From an uncultured Candidatus Saccharibacteria bacterium (GTDB lineage Bacteria; Patescibacteriota; Doudnabacteria; UBA920): a stretch of 64,000 bases of DNA. The DNA lies in contig CAZKVS010000003.1 of assembly GCA_964556325.1 (NCBI GenBank), positions 4,219-68,218 of the forward strand. The letters are read 5' to 3'. Positions 10,065-18,040 of this stretch are shown piece by piece; the stretch's first letter is position 1, and every line of letters starts with the position of its first letter. Both the position numbers and the translations under genes were made by a program. Below the pieces are notes generated by a model. That model made no database searches, was not told the origin of the DNA, and saw only the letters and a list, made by a program, of their open reading frames with translations.

Positions 10065-10659
10065 AGCTCTTATTTTCGATGTCAGCGGCGTACTCACATA
10101 CGCGCAATTCCCCCACGCATACGAGGTGTTTGCGCGTAAAATAAATTTACCGAGTGATTTAGTGGCAGACTACTTTAAAACTGACTTGGAAAAACAGTTA
10201 CTTGGCCAAAGTAACTTACATAACATATATGTAGGTTTATCGGAAAAAATTGAAGGAGTATCAGAAATAGCATTTACAGAAAAATGGGTAAGCACCATTG
10301 CTGAAATTACCACCATAAACGAAGAGCTGCTTACACAAATAGATACCTGGCGTAAAACGTACACCTGCGGAATACTGACTAACAACACAGAAGGCCGCGG
10401 TATTTTTGACGAATACATTCAGCTTCATGCTCACTTTGATTTTGTATTGGAGTCTTACAAGGAACATATTAAAAAACCCAATCCTGATTTTTTCAAACTA
10501 GGTTTACAGCACGCCAAGTGCGAGCCAAAAGAAGCTCTCTATGTGGACGACCAACAGCGCCACGTAGATGCTGCCATAAGTGTGGGCATGCACGGTATTG
10601 TATTTACGCACAATAGACAATTTAAACAAGATTTGATTCCGTACGGCATAACGGTATAA
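10057..10659 (+). CDS. HAD-IA family hydrolase
   Basis: IKALIFDVSGVL, ILTNN, KPNPDFF, YVDD. Confidence 0.88.
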   Translation: MIKALIFDVSGVLTYAQFPHAYEVFARKINLPSDLVADYFKTDLEKQLLGQSNLHNIYVGLSEKIEGVSEIAFTEKWVSTIAEITTINEELLTQIDTWRKTYTCGILTNNTEGRGIFDEYIQLHAHFDFVLESYKEHIKKPNPDFFKLGLQHAKCEPKEALYVDDQQRHVDAAISVGMHGIVFTHNRQFKQDLIPYGITV

Positions 10660-10663
10660 ACTC

Positions 10664-11035
10664 ATGCACACATTATTCAGCACTATTTTAAACACCCCTT
10701 GGACTCTAGCCGGCCTCCTCGTTGCTATTTTTTCCGTCCCCACGCATGTTAAAATTACCAATCACGCAATTATATGTAATGTAAAAAGTTTTTGGTGGCA
10801 GTTTGGGTACTTGAAAGGTGTACGAGCGGCAAACATTGGCCAGGTTGTCTTACTCGGTCCTAAACTAGACCCGCAAGATTTGACCCACGAACTAGTGCAT
10901 GTAGAACAATATATGCGCTATCCGTTTATATACCCCTTTCTTTACTACTACGAATTAGCTACGAAAGGGTATCGGAATAATAAATTTGAAAGCGAAGCCT
11001 ATACCCGAGCTGGGAATAGGTACGGGAAAATTTAA
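10664..11035 (+). CDS. HExxH metallopeptidase-like membrane protein (DUF4157-like)
   Basis: HELVHVEQY and GYRNNKFESEAY. Confidence 0.7.
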   Translation: MHTLFSTILNTPWTLAGLLVAIFSVPTHVKITNHAIICNVKSFWWQFGYLKGVRAANIGQVVLLGPKLDPQDLTHELVHVEQYMRYPFIYPFLYYYELATKGYRNNKFESEAYTRAGNRYGKI

Positions 11036-11070
11036 AACCGCACAGCGCGGTTTTTTTAGTTTAGCCAAAC

Positions 11071-11229
11071 CTCTTTCAAAAGTCTCTCTCTGTCATTCCC
11101 GTGAAGACGGGAATCCAGTACCGCCTTTTGCGGTACAACTAAGCAATGCCCCCGTTATCGGCTGGTGGGCCGATATGGATCCCCGCCTGCGCGAGGACGA
11201 CAGAGTACGTATTGGTCTCTTTGAAAGAG
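11071..11229. repeat. REP/RPE-like palindromic element
   Basis: GTCATTCCCGTGAAGACGGGAATCCA (11092-11117) facing TGGATCCCCGCCTGCGCGAGGACGAC (11176-11201), outer IR CTCTTTCAAA/TTTGAAAGAG. Confidence 0.8.
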
Positions 11230-11231
11230 CT

Positions 11232-12398
11232 TTAATGAATTATAGAGTCAACTTTATTTCGCTTAAAATACCAGGCAGCAAGTATAGTAGACAAAGGCAC
11301 GGCCACGATGAGCGCTATACTCCCCACGAGTGTACGTACAATTTCTTCAGCTATAAATTCACTGTTTAACGTAACCCAAAGGGGTTGATGACTGGTGAGC
11401 ACAATCAGCAAAAAAAGAGGAAAAAATGCACCGGCATACGCGAGCACCAAGGTATTAATAAGCGAGGCAATGTGCTCTCGGCCAATAGACATACCCTTTC
11501 GGTATAACTGGGTCAGCGTAAGCGCGGGGCTGGTATGGTGTAACTCATCTACCGCCGCAGTTTGTCCGGTGGTAACGTCATCCAGCACTCCTAAACAGCC
11601 AATAATTATGCCACCGAAAAGCAAACCTTGTAAGTTAAAAGCACCTAACGATCCCGCCTGCAACAAATACGCTTCTTCCGATCCGTTACCAAAGAGCCGT
11701 ACGCCGTGAATAGCAAGATATGCCAAACCCTGCGCCAGCCCAAGAGTAAGCAAGGTACTAATAACCGCTAAGCTCGTTCGCTCATTAAACCCATGCGCTA
11801 AAAACAACGAAACCACCGCAATTATAAACGCTCCCACCAAACTTATAACCACTGGGTTCTGCCCCGCTAATATGCTCGGAGCGATAAAATAAATGAGAAC
11901 AAATACACTAAACGCTAACCCCACAACAGACGTAACACCGCGCCAGCGCGCAAAATATACTGCGCATAGCAAAAAGACAAGAACCAATACACCCACATAC
12001 GGCAACCGATATAAGTCTACAATCACATACGGATTGTCATTATTATTACGCGCGTCAGACAGCTGCCCCACCACCACTGTATCCCCGACTTTCAATTTTT
12101 GTATAGCAGAAGTAGTCTGGTAGTCTACGCCTACTTCCTGCTTACTCATACTGCCATCCAAAAAACGAACCTGGAGCGTTTGCGTGTACAAACTAAAATG
12201 CTTGTTTACGGTACTATCTTCCTGGGCAATACTCACAACCCGGGCTTTACTGTATTCGCTTAACTGTGCCACACCCACTTCTGCAGCCTGTACATCAAAC
12301 CCAACCTGCTGAACTGTTTGTTTGCGCACCAAAACAAAAGCTGTGGTAAGCCCCAAAACTATAACCAAGATAAACAAATACATATACCATTTGCGCAT
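11232..12398 (-). CDS. YibE/F family membrane protein
   Basis: GIIIGCLGVLDDVTTGQ, IGREHIASLINTLVLAYAG, EEIVRTLVGSIAL. Confidence 0.9.
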   Translation of the reverse strand: MRKWYMYLFILVIVLGLTTAFVLVRKQTVQQVGFDVQAAEVGVAQLSEYSKARVVSIAQEDSTVNKHFSLYTQTLQVRFLDGSMSKQEVGVDYQTTSAIQKLKVGDTVVVGQLSDARNNNDNPYVIVDLYRLPYVGVLVLVFLLCAVYFARWRGVTSVVGLAFSVFVLIYFIAPSILAGQNPVVISLVGAFIIAVVSLFLAHGFNERTSLAVISTLLTLGLAQGLAYLAIHGVRLFGNGSEEAYLLQAGSLGAFNLQGLLFGGIIIGCLGVLDDVTTGQTAAVDELHHTSPALTLTQLYRKGMSIGREHIASLINTLVLAYAGAFFPLFLLIVLTSHQPLWVTLNSEFIAEEIVRTLVGSIALIVAVPLSTILAAWYFKRNKVDSIIH

Positions 12399-12462
12399 GT
12401 ACTCAGTATGCAACACGTACTAGGGTAAGTAAAGACTCAATGCAACACACCTCACTCGGAAA

Positions 12463-13470
12463 TCATTTGACACTGATCTGTCTATATATTTCTTTTATTC
12501 TTTGAACTAAAATCTCGGAATCTTGTTGTGTAGGTATACTGATTCTTAATGCATCGTTAATCAATGGTTGGTCCGTTACCTGCACAAGAATACCCGCATT
12601 CTTCAAAAGTTTTTGCCACTCACCAATAGAACCATAGTGCGGTTTGATTAAAATAAAAAAAAGATTATGTCCAAATAGATCAAAAATGCCCAATTCGGCT
12701 AGACGGTCGTGCAAATACTTTCGCGCTACACGTAATTTACCCATACGGTTCAGTATGTGTTTTCTGTTATCCAAGGCGACTAGGCCTAAATGTTGTGCAA
12801 GAGAGTTGACGTTGTATGGCGGCTTAGCATCAATTACTTTTTTGATAACATCAGGTTGAGCTATCATGTACCCCAAACGCAAACCCGCCAACCCAGCCCA
12901 TTTACTGAAGCTTCTTATAACAATCAAGTTGCTATATGTACGAATAAGATTGGCATGCGTTACACCAGCCGATTCATAGTAAGCTTCGTCCAGTAGTACC
13001 AACTTTCCCAAAGAGAGCACTTGTATTAAATTTTCTCGGGAAATTATGTCTCCAGTTGGGTTATTAGGAGAGTCAATTACAATAAGATCTACAGCGTCAA
13101 GCGAAGAGGTCAAGACAGCCGCAAGGGGAAACGCATAAGTATCCACACTACGCACGACTTCCTGGCAAGATATGTGCCTCAAGCGAGCAAAGTGATAGTA
13201 CATATGAAATGTCGGCGGGCATATTAATATACTACGCCCGGGTGAGGTAAATAAGGAAAAAACAAGGTCAATAAGTTCATCAGCGCCGTTTCCACATGCA
13301 ATAAAAGAAGGTGCAAAACCTGTATATTCGGCAAGTCTGTCCCGTAGCGTAGTGGAAGCGGGATCGGGATACACACAGAACGGCAATCGGTGTAAGACCT
13401 CCCTGTCATATAAGTCGTCGACAAAGATATTTTGCGCTGTGTTCAGTTTTAATACGCTAGGTGTTTGCAT
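12463..13470 (-). CDS. HisC-like class I/II PLP-dependent aminotransferase
   Basis: YPDP, GNGADELI, SPNNPTG, DEAYYE, RSFSKWAGLAGLRLGY; usual LN.NEN is LNTAQN. Confidence 0.85.
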   Translation of the reverse strand: MQTPSVLKLNTAQNIFVDDLYDREVLHRLPFCVYPDPASTTLRDRLAEYTGFAPSFIACGNGADELIDLVFSLFTSPGRSILICPPTFHMYYHFARLRHISCQEVVRSVDTYAFPLAAVLTSSLDAVDLIVIDSPNNPTGDIISRENLIQVLSLGKLVLLDEAYYESAGVTHANLIRTYSNLIVIRSFSKWAGLAGLRLGYMIAQPDVIKKVIDAKPPYNVNSLAQHLGLVALDNRKHILNRMGKLRVARKYLHDRLAELGIFDLFGHNLFFILIKPHYGSIGEWQKLLKNAGILVQVTDQPLINDALRISIPTQQDSEILVQRIKEIYRQISVK

Positions 13471-14473
13471 GTGTACATAGAATTACTGGCAGTGAGGGCA
13501 AAGTGGGGCCATCTTTATTCATGCGGACATGAACGAACTCCGGTCGCCTATGTGCCTGAGCATATTGCATACTGGACAAGATTTGAGTTGACCATTCGCC
13601 CGAAGTAGTAACAAAAACACATCCGGTGCCGACCCAGAACTGTACTATTGTTCCTTTAGCAGTAGCATAGTGTAAATAGTCACCATTACCTCGCCTGAAT
13701 ATAAGCGGAATACCATCCGTCATACAACTCGCAATATATGCTTTATCCGCCCGGAGAAATGCCATATCCCTTAGCAGCGAACGAGTTGATAACGCCCGCC
13801 TGTCCGATATAGACGCATGACTATCAGCCCAAAACCTATTTCTTTCAGATTTACGTAGCAAAACTTCTCGCTCTGCTTCAGACAACTTGTAAAAAGCATG
13901 AGTTACTTCGGGCACCAAAGAGTTAATTTCTGATTCTAGATGACCCACTGTACGAGAGGCGACCACATCTTCATACGAGATTTTTATAGGCAAGGACGCA
14001 AGACCCTTATTAAACCATGCAATATAGCTTAAAAAACGCTCCGCGTAGCTTCGCAGGCCTTCCGGCGGATAACCGTTAATATACTGTATAATTGGTCCGT
14101 CACTTCTATATACCAATTCCACACCTGGTGGATATGCGGCTGCAATGTGACACATTACCTCCGACATGTATCGTAAGTGAAAAAGTTCAGCCCAATCAGG
14201 ATATGGTGTGCTCGCAATACTCGACAGCTTATACCCACCGAACAAAGCCCAAAAGCGAAGGGGCTGGTTACCCTGCCAAATACGTGTTATGGCTGCGAGT
14301 AAGTCTCGTTTTGCCTGAATAGAGACGGGAGACTTTCTGAACCGTTTCGATAGCACCAATTGCAAAAGCTCAGCGGGACTCGAGACCGGAGCCTGCTTAC
14401 TAGCCACTTTTTCAAAGAAGGGCGTCAATGTGTTTAACGAAGTTAAATATGATACGCAGGCGTTATTCAGCAT
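13457..14473 (-). CDS. hypothetical protein resembling the DIT1/PvcA isonitrile synthase family (divergent)
   Basis: PLRF...YK...PDWAELFHL...HIAAAYPPGVELVYRSDG matches the PD.AE..L...I...YPPG.....SDG core of PvcA-like enzymes; C-terminus diverges. Confidence 0.5.
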   Translation of the reverse strand: MLNNACVSYLTSLNTLTPFFEKVASKQAPVSSPAELLQLVLSKRFRKSPVSIQAKRDLLAAITRIWQGNQPLRFWALFGGYKLSSIASTPYPDWAELFHLRYMSEVMCHIAAAYPPGVELVYRSDGPIIQYINGYPPEGLRSYAERFLSYIAWFNKGLASLPIKISYEDVVASRTVGHLESEINSLVPEVTHAFYKLSEAEREVLLRKSERNRFWADSHASISDRRALSTRSLLRDMAFLRADKAYIASCMTDGIPLIFRRGNGDYLHYATAKGTIVQFWVGTGCVFVTTSGEWSTQILSSMQYAQAHRRPEFVHVRMNKDGPTLPSLPVILCTHANT

Positions 14474-15728
14474 GGTGGTATGGCCTAGCCTTAACTTCCT
14501 CCAGATAATCCCGTTCTAAGTTCTCAGGATATGGCATATGATAATACACGCGAGCTTCATCCATTTGTCGTTTCACTTTATGCAAGTCAGCCTCCGCCAA
14601 AGAAATAACAAATCGCACCAGGTCTCTTAACTTCTTTCCATGAATAATAGCGGGGCGTACCCGAATACCTGCATACTTCAATAAATAGTAACTAAACAAC
14701 TCCCCTGCAGAAACATCTTTTGCGTATGTACAAAAACTGATTGGGGCAGGAACAAATAAATTAATACCGAAACCAGGAGTAGTAATAGGCCAGCCCAAAT
14801 CCCGCAGCATGCCTACACTCATGTGCATACGGTTTTCCAACTCTTTTTTAATCTCTGAAACAGACACATGCTCCAGCAATAACTTTGCGATATACTTGCT
14901 CGGAGTGGGAAAAATACATAAAGAATTATCTTGAAACTCCCTTACCGAAGCAGCCATATTGGGATGTGTAATACCGAACCCAAGTCGTAAACCGGGAGCA
15001 CCAAGTTCTTTTGACATATTGCATAAAACCATAACCTGAGTTCTCTCTTGTACGGCAATATCTCTCAATATAGTTAAAGGGTCAATAGTCTTTTTGTGCA
15101 CAGTAAACAAAGCATCGGCGTCATACAACAAAGTGACACTATACTTGTTTACCAACTTAACTAATTGGCCTATGTATTCTGAGGACAGACCGAGGCCGCG
15201 ATTATGGTTCAGGTAAATGAACGCAATATTACCCTGCTCTTGTAGTAAAATTTGCTCTAGGTCATCTAAAGCAAGCATGTCAGATTCGTCCTGACGTACT
15301 GTTCTCACTTCTTTTCCTTGAGATAAGAAACAGGCGACTTGGCCAGCATTCAAAACTTCAGGCACTAAAACCAACGACTCCTTCTTAAAAGTGCAAAAAG
15401 TAGTCAATGCATCATATACTCCACGAAATAAAACTACCTCATTCTTTTCTATCGCGATATGGAGCTTATCTTGCAAAAACGAAACGACTGAATGTTCGAC
15501 ATCAAAAGAACCCGATATATACCCCGGGTAAGCACTACAGGCTGATAACAGACTATCTAACGCCCGGGGGGCAAGCCGCAAGTGGTGTTGAGTTATATGC
15601 AAAGTATGCATATCACCAGCTGAACCGAAGTTCAGATATTGATCTGAACTCTTATAACGAGCTACCAGCAAATTATGCTCATGTTCGTGTCGTAATAGAT
15701 TATCTACCCGGGCAGAGAAACGTATCAT
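14463..15728 (-). CDS. divergent class I/II PLP-dependent aminotransferase
   Basis: LLYDADAL, NMSKELGAPGLRLGF (PLP lysine), C-terminal VRF. Confidence 0.8.
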   Translation of the reverse strand: MIRFSARVDNLLRHEHEHNLLVARYKSSDQYLNFGSAGDMHTLHITQHHLRLAPRALDSLLSACSAYPGYISGSFDVEHSVVSFLQDKLHIAIEKNEVVLFRGVYDALTTFCTFKKESLVLVPEVLNAGQVACFLSQGKEVRTVRQDESDMLALDDLEQILLQEQGNIAFIYLNHNRGLGLSSEYIGQLVKLVNKYSVTLLYDADALFTVHKKTIDPLTILRDIAVQERTQVMVLCNMSKELGAPGLRLGFGITHPNMAASVREFQDNSLCIFPTPSKYIAKLLLEHVSVSEIKKELENRMHMSVGMLRDLGWPITTPGFGINLFVPAPISFCTYAKDVSAGELFSYYLLKYAGIRVRPAIIHGKKLRDLVRFVISLAEADLHKVKRQMDEARVYYHMPYPENLERDYLEEVKARPYHHAE

Positions 15729-15732
15729 AGAA

Positions 15733-16677
15733 CTAATCCTTAAACACAAACTCAGGGTCAATCTGCTGGCTCAAATCACCAAAAGCACTTACATTATGCG
15801 GCTTCTGTGAAATAATTTTATGCAATGCCTGCAATCTCTTAAGCTTCTTATTTTTATCAACTTTTATGGAACTCAAAACAAACTGTTGCACTTGATCGAA
15901 CATCTGCTGGATGGCTGGATATGACTTCACCTGGACTTCTAGCCCATCTCTCAACGATCTACGCAAATCTGGCAAATATGGCAAAGATGCAGCAATTGTA
16001 TCTCCATATTTTTGCAAATAAGCATGATCGGAATCAGTCTCAACCTTGTTTGCTATCGCCTTAATGCGATCTGCAATACCAAACTCCTGACCGAGCCGTA
16101 AGTAATCTTCCAATACGGAAGTACTTTCTACTGTTGGCTCTACCACCAAAAATAGCAAATCAAAGTGCGCATACATAGAAGTCGCAAACGCGTCTGCTCC
16201 GGCAGTCATATCAACTACAACATAATCATTACTGCCTTCATTCGTATGTGCAAGCAACGTTTCTGCAATTTCCATATTCACGTGATAACACCGAATTCCT
16301 AAATCGTATTGAATGGGTACCCCGACTTGCAGGAACGACAGCTTGTCTTTACGATATGCAATTTTATTTAATAGTTCATTTGATTCATCCAAGGTGACCA
16401 AGCGAGAACCCTTGCCGGGTGGGGTCGTGTTAATAATACTCTCCGGGCTTGTAATTCGTGGATTATCGCCTTGTACGTAAGTCTTAATAGCAGCAGACGC
16501 TGAGGAATCAGTGAGGCTACTGACCGAGTCTGTAATATGCAATAGTTTACTCAAATGCATATTTAAATCAGCATCAATGGCTAGTACACGACTACCCTGC
16601 TGTAAAGAATGCTTTATAAAAAGAGAGGCTATGGTGGACTTCCCACTTCCGCCTTTACCTACAAATGCAATTTTCAT
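15733..16677 (-). CDS. CooC/MinD-like P-loop ATPase
   Basis: MKIAFVGKGGSGKST deviant Walker A, VLAIDAD, VVVDMTAG, VVEPT, ANKV; ATG at 16677. Confidence 0.88.
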   Translation of the reverse strand: MKIAFVGKGGSGKSTIASLFIKHSLQQGSRVLAIDADLNMHLSKLLHITDSVSSLTDSSASAAIKTYVQGDNPRITSPESIINTTPPGKGSRLVTLDESNELLNKIAYRKDKLSFLQVGVPIQYDLGIRCYHVNMEIAETLLAHTNEGSNDYVVVDMTAGADAFATSMYAHFDLLFLVVEPTVESTSVLEDYLRLGQEFGIADRIKAIANKVETDSDHAYLQKYGDTIAASLPYLPDLRRSLRDGLEVQVKSYPAIQQMFDQVQQFVLSSIKVDKNKKLKRLQALHKIISQKPHNVSAFGDLSQQIDPEFVFKD

Positions 16678-16686
16678 ATTATCTAT

Positions 16687-16705
16687 AATGCAAATTATTT
16701 GCATT
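16687..16705. promoter_or_regulatory. putative Fur-family operator (perfect 9-1-9 palindrome)
   Basis: AATGCAAAT-T-ATTTGCATT between the ATPase operon and the divergent fur gene. Confidence 0.7.
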
Positions 16706-16775
16706 TATATTAACGCAACATAATCGCTTTTGTCAAATAGTTGCATATAACAGTTACACATGGTATAATACACAC

Positions 16776-17192
16776 ATGAGTGTACAGTTCATCCCTGAAA
16801 ACATACTCAAAGATGCTGGCTTCCGTGTAACTACAGGACGTGTAGCGGTTTTAGGCTTGCTGGCTGAGTCCCCTGCTCCCCTGGCCATTAAAGATATCTT
16901 GCACAAGATTAAGCACGTACGACTGGATCAAGCGACAGTCTATCGCATGCTCGATGCCATGCGGGAAAAAGGACTTGTTCAAATGGTGAACATGGAGCAC
17001 GACCATACTCACTGGGAGCTCACTAGTCACCATCACCATGCTATTTGCGAACAGTGCGGTAAGGTAATTGATATTTCTAAATGCGACCTACAAAAACTGG
17101 AAGCGGAGATAAAAAAAGTGAGCGGTTTTACCACCATACGCCGGCACTCTTTAGAGTTTTTTGGTCTCTGTAAGAGTTGCGGCAAAAAGTGA
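16776..17192 (+). CDS. Fur-family transcriptional regulator (Fur/Zur/PerR)
   Basis: G.RVT..R..VL, ATVYR.L, HHHHAICEQCG, HSLEFFGLCKSC. Confidence 0.93.
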   Translation: MSVQFIPENILKDAGFRVTTGRVAVLGLLAESPAPLAIKDILHKIKHVRLDQATVYRMLDAMREKGLVQMVNMEHDHTHWELTSHHHHAICEQCGKVIDISKCDLQKLEAEIKKVSGFTTIRRHSLEFFGLCKSCGKK

Positions 17193-17282
17193 CTCGTTAT
17201 TAGTTTATCCGCTGACTGAATTCATATCCCTTTCATACGTGTTTTGTATCATTGCAATGTTAGATTTAAAGATATAAAAAAT

Positions 17283-17429
17283 ATGCTAGGAATACTTGCG
17301 TTAGTAGTGCTACTCTTTTGGATTGGCGGTTTCGCTTTCCATGTGCTGGGTGGATTTATCCATATATTCTTAGTTGTTGCTATTATTATGACAATTATGC
17401 ATTTTATCACGGGGAAAAAGGCCGTATAG
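17283..17429 (+). CDS. lmo0937-family small membrane protein
   Basis: MLGILALVVLLFWIGGFAFHVLGGFIHIFLVVAII. Confidence 0.8.
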   Translation: MLGILALVVLLFWIGGFAFHVLGGFIHIFLVVAIIMTIMHFITGKKAV

Positions 17430-17481
17430 CCACAAAAAATAATAAATCGCCGTGTGGCAATTTTTTTGTTAGACTAGTGTA

Positions 17482-18018
17482 ATGCCTTTAGATATAACAC
17501 TCTTTTATTTCTTTAACCATCTTCCACACACGAGCGTTCTCGATACTGTAGCTACGTGGATACACTACACTACCCGGTATGGTTTAATTTACTATCCTTT
17601 CCTTATTGCCTTACTTCTTTCAAAACAGAAACCAAAAGTAGTGCTCGGTAAACTCCTCGCTGTATCGGCTGCAGGCACATATATACTTACCGATCTTGTT
17701 CTTAAAAACATTGCACAGCGGCCTCGACCATTTCAAACGCTTATAGATGTCTTCTACCTCCCCCCTGCGCCGAGTAGTTACTCTTTTCCATCCGGCCAGG
17801 CAGCGGTGGCTTTTGCTCTCGCAACTACTATTTGGCTTCGGTATCCAAAATCAATACGTAGCTACAGTGCATATGCACTCGCCACACTCATAGCCATAGA
17901 CCGTATGTATATGGGCCATCACTATTTTTCCGATGTATTCGTCGGGGGGCTCATTGGTGCGCTCATAGCCTACATAACCAACTACTACTTTACTCACCAT
18001 AAAAAAACCTCTGCCTAG
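17482..18018 (+). CDS. PAP2 family phosphatase
   Basis: K...RPRP, SFPSGQ, RMYMGHHYFSDV. Confidence 0.85.
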   Translation: MPLDITLFYFFNHLPHTSVLDTVATWIHYTTRYGLIYYPFLIALLLSKQKPKVVLGKLLAVSAAGTYILTDLVLKNIAQRPRPFQTLIDVFYLPPAPSSYSFPSGQAAVAFALATTIWLRYPKSIRSYSAYALATLIAIDRMYMGHHYFSDVFVGGLIGALIAYITNYYFTHHKKTSA

Positions 18019-18030
18019 GCAGAGGTTTTT
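18001..18030. terminator. bidirectional intrinsic terminator
   Basis: AAAAAAACCTCTGCC-TA-GGCAGAGGTTTTT between convergent genes. Confidence 0.75.
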
Positions 18031-18040
18031 AATTCGTACT

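Noticed and set aside
10986-11369. 127-aa plus-strand ORF (CHSREDGNP...MDPRLREDD)
   Set aside because: It is the translation of the palindromic element and overlaps two real genes
12463-13470. Calling this gene hisC
   Set aside because: No his genes nearby, altered N-terminal motif and coupling to unrelated enzymes; only the family is supported
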